A stretch of DNA of 64,000 nt, taken from an uncultured Eubacterium sp. Lineage in GTDB: Bacteria; Bacillota; Clostridia; Lachnospirales; CAG-274. Positions 47,901-56,563 of this stretch are shown here, piece after piece. Made by a program: the position numbers and the translations under genes. The notes below the pieces were generated by a model that was given only the letters and a program-made list of their open reading frames with translations, ran no database searches and was not told the origin of the DNA. Where the stretch lies: positions 5,618 to 69,617 of the forward strand of contig UQYD01000005.1 of NCBI GenBank assembly GCA_900545305.1, read 5' to 3'. Positions within the stretch are counted from its first letter, which is position 1; every line of letters begins with the position of its first letter.

Positions 47901-49320
47901 ATTGCTTTTAAGTGATATGTATTTAACAAGTGACATTATTGCTAAAATGCTTGAAAAATGTGGATATAGTGGTTGGGATGAAATATGGATTTCCTGTGAA
48001 AAGGGTAAACGTAAAGATAATGACGAAATGTGGAAACTCTTTGCAGAAAAATATGGTACTCGTCAGGCTATTCACATTGGCGATAATGCACAATCAGATG
48101 TTCAGGCTCCAGGGGATTTAAGACTTGATGGAATTTTTGAAGGATTTTTAGTATTAAATCCTAGAGATGAATTTAAGTTCAGCAAATATTATAATGCTTT
48201 TTCAAAATATGAAAATACAACTGTTGAAAATTCTATTATTCTTGGAACTTTAGTAAACGGATATTTATGTAATAATGCTTTTAGTTCTGATAATTTAGGA
48301 GAAACAAAATTTGATAATGCAAAGGATTTAGGTGCAGGTGCTTTTGGTGCTTTATTTACGGCCTTTGCTGACAATATCTATAAGTGGGCAGGCAAAAATG
48401 ACCTTTGGTTCTTGGCTAGAGAAGGTTATGTTTTAAAAGAAGTTTATGATATTTTTGCTAAAAATATTACTGGTGAAAAGGTTAATAGTGAATACTTCCT
48501 TACATCAAGAAGAAGCGTTGCCGTACCGGCTATAGAAAGTGCTGACGATGTAAAAGGTATTCTTGAGCAATATTATGACGGGAACCTTTCTAATATGTTA
48601 AAGTCAAGATTAGGCTTAAATGTAAAGCCTGATTTTAAGGATATTCATATTATTATGCCTAGAGATATTGAAAAGGTTATGAAAACAATAGAGCCTTACT
48701 TAAATGATATTTTCAAAAAAGCAAATGAAGAAAAGAAAGAATATATGGCATATATTGATTCTCTCCAGTACAATAATAACCCTTGTGTTGTAGATGTAGG
48801 ATATTCTGGTACAATACAGTATTATTTAAGCAAAATGCTTAACAAGAAAGTAAAAGGTGCATATTTATCTACAACACCAGAGAAGAAACCTGAAAAATTA
48901 GGTTGCGTTTGTTACTCACTTTATCCTGTGTTGAATTTGGAAAAATCAAAGGAAAATACTGTATTTAAAAATCAGTTGTTCTTAGAGGCTGTTTTAAAAG
49001 CTCCTTTTGGTCAGCTTATGTGTTTTGAAAATGGTAAGCCAGTATATGGTGAGGACAGAATTATAGGTGATGATGTTGCTAATATGCAAAAGGGTATATT
49101 AGAATATGTTTCAAAGGTATCTTCTGTTCTTAATGGAATAGGGGAAGTAAATATTGATAAAAACCTTGCAAGTACTATTTTTGATATAGGTCTTATGGGC
49201 TGTTGGTGGAAAAATGGTATGGCAGAAATTTTTAAGGTTACAGATGATTACTGTTCTAATGGTGAGTTCTATTATGATGAACAGAAAAAGGAATGGACAG
49301 TAAAGAAAAGCGAAAATTAG
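44986..49320 (+). CDS. 1444-aa multidomain protein. Domains in order: N-terminal APH/choline-kinase-like (protein-kinase-like fold), long coiled coil, RgpF-like (rhamnan synthesis F) domain, HAD-like hydrolase domain, and a ~400-aa unassigned C-terminal region.
   Basis: The GTG start has an AGGAGG RBS. The kinase-like catalytic loop is 'NIDLIFENIIL' plus 'TIIDYEWS'. A heptad-rich segment ~res 400-500 reads 'LESEKNHLTGLNKDLKDKNVILEV...LRIQLNNVNNDY'. The RgpF-like block is 'AIHLHLYYVDLLEEFFEYF...FDLYVSC'. HAD motif I is 'FDIFDTLITR'. Confidence 0.6.
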   Translation: MKEVLFTKYSNERDPRFAIRTSIIEDSKKNKRYVEKTAVTKEAEEHVQNMLVAYEKLSEYYKDTDVQFSKCKIKNGVAVFDYIDGDSLGDKFEELVENEDYKGILELYKSFEDIVKKGSGLEPFVMTEKFKEVFGDITLPDGLMAREYSNIDLIFENIILGDKYTIIDYEWSLDFPVPIEYIMFRSVFTFMYVKNHNSLIQRDLFSFLGFSEKEREIYMKMEENFQKYVTRNAHPLSYVYDKIRGNNYDLSSAIEKINQENADLCLTQVYYDLGNGYSEENSYKQFYNYNQDINFTISVDEKVKNYRFDPTCVFSLVNIKKCIGVKNGGIYDLEFKTNGYRNKNTIVFDTVDPQINFENFEENTEKIEIVYNVMPLTERTVNDYARAICDKISAEDKYSEQISYVNKLESEKNHLTGLNKDLKDKNVILEVSKAELEKHNKEMQNENENLNRKINLLESSYDALKRNADAMNNNINGLNGEIESLRIQLNNVNNDYNAVLNSRIWKTTAGYRRSVGKLKQYIGTHKWTLQMYLVYRSLKVDGIKTTLHRVINRLKGVQNSVSMPVATNYGELRENTLDLNAIKPLETLDKTIAIHLHLYYVDLLEEFFEYFTNMPYKFDLYVSCKEGSDIKAITHKFKKLKNVGKVDVRYTINRGRDIAPLYVQFGAEIEKYDYFLHIHSKKSLHSGSEMLDWRKNSMNCLLGSPERVKKIFAMFEGDTKAGIVCPETSNVMGPIASHWLRNTAEGRKLLNRMGIPYSGGFFSYPIGSFFWAKTEALRPVFDMKLKYEDFPQEAGQIDGTVAHALERAVAFVCKHKGYNLAILDNDDNVVRINRTVKSFYSYFACRMEDVFNFLNRKEVISFDIFDTLITRLIYNPDDIFMLMERKIYNKYNLKLDYLKVRKEAEAKAVTQKGAFCNIHDIYDYMPDKKLGITKEMAEEFKEMEISLELDLCVPRRDIQKIFNMLKNAGKKILLLSDMYLTSDIIAKMLEKCGYSGWDEIWISCEKGKRKDNDEMWKLFAEKYGTRQAIHIGDNAQSDVQAPGDLRLDGIFEGFLVLNPRDEFKFSKYYNAFSKYENTTVENSIILGTLVNGYLCNNAFSSDNLGETKFDNAKDLGAGAFGALFTAFADNIYKWAGKNDLWFLAREGYVLKEVYDIFAKNITGEKVNSEYFLTSRRSVAVPAIESADDVKGILEQYYDGNLSNMLKSRLGLNVKPDFKDIHIIMPRDIEKVMKTIEPYLNDIFKKANEEKKEYMAYIDSLQYNNNPCVVDVGYSGTIQYYLSKMLNKKVKGAYLSTTPEKKPEKLGCVCYSLYPVLNLEKSKENTVFKNQLFLEAVLKAPFGQLMCFENGKPVYGEDRIIGDDVANMQKGILEYVSKVSSVLNGIGEVNIDKNLASTIFDIGLMGCWWKNGMAEIFKVTDDYCSNGEFYYDEQKKEWTVKKSEN

Positions 49321-49323
49321 AAA

Positions 49324-49358
49324 TAAAAGACGGATTAATTTCCGTCTTTTATTTATGT
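49324..49358 (+). terminator. Rho-independent terminator.
   Basis: AAAGACGGA-TTAATT-TCCGTCTTT, followed by TATTTATGTT. Confidence 0.75.
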
Positions 49359-49404
49359 TCAAAATTTATTAATCCCAATTAACTTTGTTAATCCGATTAA
49401 TTAT

Positions 49405-49438
49405 TAAAAGGCATAGCTAATGAAAGCTATGCCTTTTG
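49405..49438 (-). terminator. Rho-independent terminator of thrC.
   Basis: AAAAGGCATAGCT-AATGAA-AGCTATGCCTTTT. Confidence 0.7.
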
Positions 49439-49467
49439 TAAATATATAAATATATGTATATGTCTAA

Positions 49468-50943
49468 TTACTGTAATTTGCTCTTAACGTATTCCTTAAT
49501 AGCATCTCTTTCAATAACGTCCTTATGAAGAACTTCTCTAGTGCCAATGCCCTTAATTGGAGCAGGAATAGCAACACCACTTACCTTTTCGAGTTCGTTA
49601 AGTGCATCAAAAGGATTTACATCAGCATACTTGTCGCCGTCAATAGCTCTTAAAACGTCCTTAGCAAACTTGTATGGACTAGCTGTTGAAACAACAACGT
49701 TAGGAGTCTTGTCACCAGTCTGTGCAAGGTATGTAAGGTAACCACTATATGCAACTGCTGTATGAGTATCCATTACATAGTGAGTTTCTTCGAATAAGTC
49801 CTTAATAGCCTTGAAAGTTTCTTCAACTGTAGCATATTCGCCTGTGAAGTTAGCTTCAACCTTAAAGCTGTACTTACCGTCCTTAGAAAGAGAATCCATC
49901 ATAGACTTAGTATCTACAGTAGAGTTACTTAAATGATAGAGTAATCTTTCAAGGTTAGAAGAAATAAGAATATCCATTGATGGAGAAACTGTTACAATGA
50001 AGTCTCTGTTAATATCGTAAACGCCTGTGCTAAAGAAATCGAAAAGAACCTTGTTATCGTTAGAAGCACAAATAAGCTGTTTAACAGGAAGACCCATATT
50101 CTTTGCATAGAAACCGGCGAGAATGTTACCAAAGTTACCAGTAGGAACAGTGAAGTTAATTTCATCACCCATATTAATCTTACCAGCCTTAACCATCTGT
50201 GCATAAGCATAGAAGTAGTAAACAATCTGTGGAGCAAGTCTACCAATGTTAATAGAGTTAGCAGATGAGAATACATAACCATTCTTCTTTAATTCTGCCT
50301 TTAATTCATTATCAGTGAAAATTCTCTTAACAGCACTCTGAGCGTCATCAAAGTTACCCTTAATAGCAGCAACACAAGTGTTAGCACCCTTCTGAGTAAC
50401 CATCTGCATTTTCTGAACATCAGAAACACCGTCTTCAGGATAGAAAACAATAATCTTTGTACCTTCTACATCAGCAAAACCTTCAAGAGCAGCTTTACCA
50501 GTGTCACCACTTGTAGCAGTAAGAATAACAATCTTTTCTTCAACGCCATTCTTCTTTGCTGCTGTCTTTAAAAGATAAGGAAGAATAGAAAGTGCCATAT
50601 CCTTGAAAGCAATAGTCTTACCGTGGAAAAGTTCAAGGAAGTTACCATTACCAGCACTTACTAATGGAGCAATAAGCTTAGTATCGAACTTTTCATCGTA
50701 TGCAGAGTTAATGCAGTACTTTAATTCTTCTTCTGTATAATCAGTAAGAATAAGCTTTAATACTTCGTAAGCAAGTTCCTGATAAGACATTTCAGTAATC
50801 TTTTCTAAAGGAAAGTCGATTGTAGGGATTGTTTCTGGTACGAAAAGACCACCATCATTGGCAATACCCTGAACAATAGCCTGACTAGCTGTAACATAGT
50901 TTTTGTCGCCTCTTGTGCTTTTAAACATAATATCCATATTCAC
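49468..50943 (-). CDS. thrC: Threonine synthase (long form).
   Basis: The N-terminus 'FKSTRGDKNYVTASQAIVQGIANDGGLFVP' and the PLP lysine region 'FHGKTIAFKDMALS' match ~490-aa ThrC. Confidence 0.85.
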   Translation of the reverse strand: MNMDIMFKSTRGDKNYVTASQAIVQGIANDGGLFVPETIPTIDFPLEKITEMSYQELAYEVLKLILTDYTEEELKYCINSAYDEKFDTKLIAPLVSAGNGNFLELFHGKTIAFKDMALSILPYLLKTAAKKNGVEEKIVILTATSGDTGKAALEGFADVEGTKIIVFYPEDGVSDVQKMQMVTQKGANTCVAAIKGNFDDAQSAVKRIFTDNELKAELKKNGYVFSSANSINIGRLAPQIVYYFYAYAQMVKAGKINMGDEINFTVPTGNFGNILAGFYAKNMGLPVKQLICASNDNKVLFDFFSTGVYDINRDFIVTVSPSMDILISSNLERLLYHLSNSTVDTKSMMDSLSKDGKYSFKVEANFTGEYATVEETFKAIKDLFEETHYVMDTHTAVAYSGYLTYLAQTGDKTPNVVVSTASPYKFAKDVLRAIDGDKYADVNPFDALNELEKVSGVAIPAPIKGIGTREVLHKDVIERDAIKEYVKSKLQ

Positions 50944-51134
50944 ATACCTCTTTAAAAATATTCTTGTTCAACGTTCCATTTCCAATTTTATAATATTTTT
51001 ATAGGTTTGTCAATTAATAGTTGTTTTTTGGCTGTATATTTAATAATTTTTCTTGTATAAAATTCTTTTATCATTTATAATGAAGAAAAGGGAAAGTTTT
51101 TGGCAATTTGTTATACAAGGAGGAGAATAAGTAT

Positions 51135-51596
51135 ATGAAATGTCCTTTCTGTGGAGCTTCTGACACAAAGGTTGTGGATACCCGTACAATGGAAGATAAT
51201 TCTGTTATTAGACGCAGACGTTTTTGTCCAGAATGTAGCGAAAGATTTACTACATATGAAAGAGTGGATACAATACCTCTTACTGTTGTAAAAAGTGACG
51301 AAACAAGAGAGTCTTTTGACAGAGGTAAAATATTGAAAGGTATGCTTATGAGCTGTAACAAGCGACCGGTTTCTGTTGAAGAATTGGAAAAGGTAGTTAC
51401 ATCTATTGAAAATTCATTTATTAATTCAATGAGGAAAGAAATAAGCAGTAAAGAAATAGGCGAAATGGTTATGGATAAATTAAAAGACATTGACCAGGTT
51501 GCCTATGTAAGATTTGCATCAGTTTACAGACAGTTTAAGGATATTGACAGCTTTAGCGAGGAACTTAAAAAGTTGGTAAAAGAGAATAAAAAATAA
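51135..51596 (+). CDS. nrdR: Transcriptional repressor NrdR.
   Basis: The zinc ribbon 'MKCPFCGASDTKVVDTRTMEDNSVIRRRRFCPECSERFTTYE' is followed by an ATP-cone. The AAGGAGGAG RBS is 8 nt upstream of the ATG at 51135. Confidence 0.9.
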   Translation: MKCPFCGASDTKVVDTRTMEDNSVIRRRRFCPECSERFTTYERVDTIPLTVVKSDETRESFDRGKILKGMLMSCNKRPVSVEELEKVVTSIENSFINSMRKEISSKEIGEMVMDKLKDIDQVAYVRFASVYRQFKDIDSFSEELKKLVKENKK

Positions 51597-51713
51597 GTAA
51601 TAATAAATAAAAGAGAATATTTTCTGTAAAAAACACATATTTATTGTAAAATATTATACTTTTATTGACAATTTTTTTTCTATTTATTATAATCAAAATT
51701 TGGAGGCGATAGA

Positions 51714-51956
51714 ATGAATGTATATGTATGTGTAGGAAGTTCATGTCACTTAAAAAATTCAAAAGGAATTATTGACAAACTTACTAAATTAATTGAAGAA
51801 AACAACATTAAAGCTAATGTTGAATTAAAAGGCTCTTTCTGTATGGGTCAGTGTGGAAAAGACGGCGTTTCTGTAAAGATTGACGATGAAGTTTACTCTG
51901 TAACAGAAGAAGATGTTGAAATGTTCTTTGAAAAGAAGATTTTACCATTAGCATAG
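51714..51956 (+). CDS. Thioredoxin-like [2Fe-2S] ferredoxin (NuoE/HndA-like small Fe-S protein).
   Basis: 80 aa. The Cys pattern CxxxxC...CxxxC ('VGSSCHLKNS...FCMGQCGKDG') is typical of thioredoxin-like [2Fe-2S] ferredoxins. It is the first gene of the hydrogenase-sensor cluster. Confidence 0.65.
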   Translation: MNVYVCVGSSCHLKNSKGIIDKLTKLIEENNIKANVELKGSFCMGQCGKDGVSVKIDDEVYSVTEEDVEMFFEKKILPLA

Positions 51957-51994
51957 GAGAGTTTTAGCTCAGGTCTGTTTTGGGAGAGATGTCA

Positions 51995-53704
51995 ATGGGT
52001 TACATTAAAGTAAGAAAAGCCAACTGTAAAAATTGTTACAAATGCCTTAAAAATTGTATTTCTAAGGCCATAATGTACAAGAATGAAAAAGTTGAAATAA
52101 TAGAAGATAGATGTATACTCTGTGGAAAGTGTATCACAGCCTGTCCCCAGGGAGCAAAGAAAATAGACAATGATGTTTCTATAATAAAGGAATACATTGA
52201 AAATCCCGATATAAAAGTGGCTATTTCCGTTGCTCCCAGTTTTGTTTCAGTTTTTAAAGAAAGTAGAAAAAATCTTGTATGGGCTTTAAAGCAGTTAGGC
52301 TTTGATTATGTTGAGGAAACTGCTGTTGGAGCAAAGTATGTTACAAGAGAGTATTTACGCTTGTTGGAAAGTGGTGAAATGGAAAATATAATTTCATCAG
52401 CCTGTCCAAGTGTGAATATGTATATTGAAAAGTATTATCCAAGTTTGACAAAGTACATAGCACCGGTTATGTCACCGGCTCTAGTACACGGCAAAATGCT
52501 TAAAGAAAAGTATGGCAAGGATACTAAGGTAGTTTTTTTAGGCTCTTGTCTTTCAATGCTTAAGGAAGTAAATGAGTCAGAATATGTGGATAATATGATT
52601 ACATTTAACCAGCTTACCCAATGGTTTATACAGGAGAGGATTACTCCGGCAGAGGGAGAGGAAATGCCTTTTGATGCACTAAGTTCCTATTCCAGAATAT
52701 ATCCTATTGTAGATGGTATAGTTTATGACATTAGACACATAAGTGGTAAAACTCAGGGTACTGATAAGATTGGTGGCTATGATTTAGTTTCTGCCAGTGG
52801 TTTGCAAAATGTTCAAAGACTTTTAGATGAAGTTCAAAAGGGAAATATTAAAAAAGCCTTTTTGGAAGTATTTTCTTGTTACGGTGGCTGTGTTCATGGA
52901 CCTTTTAAGGTAAGCCATGGCTCTACTAGCTATAGAGCTAGAATAGAAGTTAAGGACTATGCCGACAGGGCAAATGATACAGCAGATGAATATGTTGGAG
53001 ATATTTCTGCAACATTTACTCCTAAGCCGGTAATAGAAGATATGCCTACAGAGGAACAAATAAGAGATATTCTTTCTCAGATAGGTAAAAACTCTAAAGC
53101 ACAGGAATTGAACTGTGGTTCTTGTGGTTATGCTACTTGTAGAGATAAGGCTATAGCTGTTTATCAGGGAAAAGCTGATTTGTATATTTGTATGCCTTAT
53201 ATGACGGATATTAATCAGGCTTTATCCAGTGTAACACTTGATTTGACACCTAATTACATTATTGCCGTTGACAACAATATGGTAATAAAAGAATTTAACA
53301 GAGCTGCACAAAAACTCTTTGGAGTAACTAGATTACAGGCACTTAATAAGCCTTTATCTCACTTTATAAACCCAGTTGATTTCCAGCAGGTTATTGCTAA
53401 CCAAAGTAATATATACAACAAAAAGGTTAGTTATACAGAATACGGAATTATAACAGAACAGACTATTGTTTATTCAGAAGAAAAAAATATGGCTATTGCC
53501 ATTATAAATGACATTACAAGAGAAGAAGAAATGAAAAAGGCTGTTCATCGCAGAAAACTTGATTCTGTGGAAATGGCACAAAAGGTTATTGATAAGCAAA
53601 TGGTAGTTGCACAGCAGATAGCTAGCCTTTTAGGTGAAACAACTGCTGAAACAAAAGTTACACTGAACAAGTTAAAAGACCTCATTGATTCGGAGGTAGA
53701 TTAA
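51995..53704 (+). CDS. hydS: Putative H2-sensing [FeFe]-hydrogenase (HydS-type, group C). It has N-terminal [4Fe-4S] ferredoxin motifs, an H-cluster domain and a C-terminal PAS domain.
   Basis: Two CxxCxxCxxxCP ferredoxin motifs are present. The H-cluster L1-like motif is 'SSACPSV', with the first Cys of TSCCP replaced by Ala. L2-like is 'GSCLSMLKE' and L3-like is 'FSCYGGCVHGP'. The C-terminal PAS-like segment is 'IIAVDNNMVIKEFNRAAQKLFG'. The RBS GGGAGAG suggests the ATG at 51995. The ORF track begins at the TTG at 51980. Confidence 0.75.
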   Translation: MGYIKVRKANCKNCYKCLKNCISKAIMYKNEKVEIIEDRCILCGKCITACPQGAKKIDNDVSIIKEYIENPDIKVAISVAPSFVSVFKESRKNLVWALKQLGFDYVEETAVGAKYVTREYLRLLESGEMENIISSACPSVNMYIEKYYPSLTKYIAPVMSPALVHGKMLKEKYGKDTKVVFLGSCLSMLKEVNESEYVDNMITFNQLTQWFIQERITPAEGEEMPFDALSSYSRIYPIVDGIVYDIRHISGKTQGTDKIGGYDLVSASGLQNVQRLLDEVQKGNIKKAFLEVFSCYGGCVHGPFKVSHGSTSYRARIEVKDYADRANDTADEYVGDISATFTPKPVIEDMPTEEQIRDILSQIGKNSKAQELNCGSCGYATCRDKAIAVYQGKADLYICMPYMTDINQALSSVTLDLTPNYIIAVDNNMVIKEFNRAAQKLFGVTRLQALNKPLSHFINPVDFQQVIANQSNIYNKKVSYTEYGIITEQTIVYSEEKNMAIAIINDITREEEMKKAVHRRKLDSVEMAQKVIDKQMVVAQQIASLLGETTAETKVTLNKLKDLIDSEVD

Positions 53705-53707
53705 TCT

Positions 53708-54883
53708 ATGGATAAAGTGTATGTAGAGGCTACTTACAAAAGTTTAAACAAGCTAAATGAAGAACTTTGTGGCGACAGAGTTGAAATAGTAAAAAATGAT
53801 GACAGCTACTTTGTAGTTTTGTCTGACGGACTGGGAAGTGGTGTTAAAGCCAATATACTTTCCACATTAACGTCAAAAATTATTTCTACTATGATGTTTC
53901 AGGGTGCAAGTATTGAAGATACTGTTGAAACAATTGTACATACGTTACCGGTGTGTAGTGTAAGAAAAGTTGCTTATTCCACTTTTATGATTTTGCAAAT
54001 AAGCTATGACGGAAACGCTTATCTTGTAGAGTTTGACAGCCCCGGTTGTATTTTTGTGAGAGATGGTCGACTTATGAACATTGAGTACAATTACAGAAGT
54101 ATAGCCGGAAAAGAAATAAAAGAGGCTCATTTTAAAGTAAAGCCTAATGATTTTATGATGCTTCTAAGTGACGGTGTTGTATATGCCGGTATTGGAGAGC
54201 TTATGAATTTGGGTTGGACTTGGAAAAACGTAAGCGAGTATGTTGTGAACAGTGTTACACCTGATATGACGGCTGCAAGACTTACAAATATGTTAAGTGA
54301 AACCTGTAAGCAGTTGTATATGAATAAACCGGGTGACGACACTACAATAGCTACAGTAAAAATTGTTCCTAGAAAAAATGTGTGTCTTTACAGTGGACCA
54401 CCAATGGACAAAAGCTGTGATGAAAGATTGGTTACAGAATTCATGATACCGGAGGGCAAGAAGATTGTATGTGGAGGTAGTTCTGCCAACATTGTCAGCA
54501 GAGTGTTGAAACAACCACTTATGCCCAGTATTGAATATTCTGACCCGGAAATACCACCTACTGCAACAATAGCAGGTATTGACCTGGTAACAGAAGGCGT
54601 AATAACATTAAAGAGAACTGTTGATATTTTAAAAAAATATGTGGAAAATCCTACGGGCAGAGAGGTTTTGGCAAGTCTTGACCTTAAAAACGGAGCATCT
54701 CAAATTGCTAAAATGCTTATTGAGGATTGCACACATTTGTATTTATACATTGGACAAAGTATTAATCCGGCACACCAAAATCCGGATTTACCCTTTGATT
54801 TAAGTATTAAAATGATTATCCTAGATGAGTTATATTCACTTATGATAAAGCTAGGAAAGGTAGTTAAGCGATATTATTATTAA
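53708..54883 (+). CDS. PP2C-type (SpoIIE/RsbU-like) serine phosphatase with an additional C-terminal domain.
   Basis: 'ELCGDRVEIVKNDDSYFVVLSDGLGSGVKANILS' matches the PP2C metal-binding DGxGxG region. The GGAGGT RBS is present. The gene sits between the two hydrogenase genes. Confidence 0.7.
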   Translation: MDKVYVEATYKSLNKLNEELCGDRVEIVKNDDSYFVVLSDGLGSGVKANILSTLTSKIISTMMFQGASIEDTVETIVHTLPVCSVRKVAYSTFMILQISYDGNAYLVEFDSPGCIFVRDGRLMNIEYNYRSIAGKEIKEAHFKVKPNDFMMLLSDGVVYAGIGELMNLGWTWKNVSEYVVNSVTPDMTAARLTNMLSETCKQLYMNKPGDDTTIATVKIVPRKNVCLYSGPPMDKSCDERLVTEFMIPEGKKIVCGGSSANIVSRVLKQPLMPSIEYSDPEIPPTATIAGIDLVTEGVITLKRTVDILKKYVENPTGREVLASLDLKNGASQIAKMLIEDCTHLYLYIGQSINPAHQNPDLPFDLSIKMIILDELYSLMIKLGKVVKRYYY

Positions 54884-54897
54884 TTAAGGAGAAAATT

Positions 54898-56355
54898 ATG
54901 GAAAATATTACTGACATTAACCAGATTAAGATGGCTGTACTTATTAAGACAGCTCAGTATGCTTTCGAGGGCACTCTTGATGACAAGCAGGAAAACATAC
55001 CTTATGAGCTTACAGACCCAATTAAGCCTAATTTCAGATGTTGTGTATACAGAGAAAGAGAAATTATTCGTCAGAGAGTAAGACTTGCTATGGGTCGTAT
55101 TCCTTCAGACCTTCACTATGAAAAGTCAGATAATACTCAGATTGTTCACGTTATGCAGGCTGCTTGCGAAGGTTGTCCTATTGATAGATTTACAGTAACA
55201 AGTAACTGCCATAACTGTCTTGCACAGAAGTGTATTAAGGCCTGTAAATTTGGTGCTATTACAAAAACTCCTCATGGTGCATATATTGACAAGTCTAAGT
55301 GTAAAAAGTGTGGTCAGTGTCTTAAAGCCTGTCCATACCACGCTATTGTGGATATTGAAAGACCTTGTAAAGTTACTTGTCCAGTAGATGCAGTTCAGAT
55401 TGATGAAAACGATTTAGCTATGATTGATGAAGCAAAGTGCATTAACTGTGGTCAGTGTGTTGTTGCCTGTCCATTCGGTGCTATTGGTGATGCGTCAATG
55501 ATGACTAATGTTATTAACTCTATTAGAACAAGTGACAACGTATATGCTATGATTGCACCAGCCATTGAAGGTCAGTTCGGTGATGTAACAGTACCTCAGT
55601 TAAAGGAAGCTATTAAGGCCCTCGGCTTTAAGGATTGTCTTGAAGTTGCTCTTGGTGCTGACGTTGTAGCTTGGAGAGAAGCTGAAGAAGTTGTTTCTAA
55701 CATTAAGGAAGGTAAGAAGACAACTACATCTTGTTGTCCAGCTTTCGTAAACCTTATTGAAAAGCATTTCCCACAGTTAAAGGAAAATATTTCAACAACT
55801 GTTTCTCCTATGGTTGCTACTGCCAGACTTATTAAAGCAAGTAATCCTGATGCTGAAATCGTATTTATTGGACCATGTATTGCAAAGAAAAATGAAGTTG
55901 TTAGCCATTACTTAGGCGAAATCAGTGGTGCTATCACTTTCGAAGAACTTTCAGCAATGTTTACTGTTAAGGAAATTGACCCAGCAACATTTACTGGCGA
56001 AAATGAAGAAGCTACTTGCTATGGTAAGGGCTTTGCTAAGAGTGGTGGTGTTACAACAGCTGTTCTCAAGGTTGTTGAAGAAGAAAATATTGACCTTGAT
56101 ATTAAGGCTTGCAAGTGTAGTGGTGCTGCTGAATGTAAGAAGGCATTACAGATGCTCAAGGTTGGCAGACTTCCAGAAGACATTATTGAAGGTATGGCTT
56201 GTGAAGGTGGTTGTATCAACGGACCTGGTAAGGTTACAGACGGTATTATGCAGAGCAAGAAGATTTTCGATAAGTATGTAAAAGTACCTAATACAGAAAT
56301 TATTGCAAACAGTGAAAAGGCTGGTTTTGCAGACATTAACATACATAAGCATTAA
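54898..56355 (+). CDS. hydA: [FeFe]-hydrogenase-like protein (ferredoxin domains plus H-cluster domain).
   Basis: Three [4Fe-4S] motifs are 'CHNCLAQKCIKACKFGAI', 'CKKCGQCLKACPYHAI' and 'CINCGQCVVACPFGAI'. H-cluster motifs are L1 'TSCCPAF', L2 'GPCIAKKNE' and L3 'EGMACEGGCINGPG'. Confidence 0.75.
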   Translation: MENITDINQIKMAVLIKTAQYAFEGTLDDKQENIPYELTDPIKPNFRCCVYREREIIRQRVRLAMGRIPSDLHYEKSDNTQIVHVMQAACEGCPIDRFTVTSNCHNCLAQKCIKACKFGAITKTPHGAYIDKSKCKKCGQCLKACPYHAIVDIERPCKVTCPVDAVQIDENDLAMIDEAKCINCGQCVVACPFGAIGDASMMTNVINSIRTSDNVYAMIAPAIEGQFGDVTVPQLKEAIKALGFKDCLEVALGADVVAWREAEEVVSNIKEGKKTTTSCCPAFVNLIEKHFPQLKENISTTVSPMVATARLIKASNPDAEIVFIGPCIAKKNEVVSHYLGEISGAITFEELSAMFTVKEIDPATFTGENEEATCYGKGFAKSGGVTTAVLKVVEEENIDLDIKACKCSGAAECKKALQMLKVGRLPEDIIEGMACEGGCINGPGKVTDGIMQSKKIFDKYVKVPNTEIIANSEKAGFADINIHKH

Positions 56356-56392
56356 TATAGAGTTTGCTATATTTTAAATATTGCAAATGTTT

Positions 56393-56425
56393 AAGGGCTA
56401 TCACCAAGGGTGGTAGCTCTTTTTG
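56393..56425 (+). terminator. Rho-independent terminator after hydA.
   Basis: AGGGCTATCACC-AAG-GGTGGTAGCTCT (with G-U pairs), followed by TTTTTG. Confidence 0.6.
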
Positions 56426-56563
56426 TTGGGGTAAAGAGAAAATATTGACAACATATTTTAGTATAAAAATATAGAAATGTTTACACAATTATGATATAAT
56501 TTGAAAGCGTGTGCAAAAATCAGTATTTTTGCGTAGAATAGAAAAGAATGGAGTTTTATAAAT

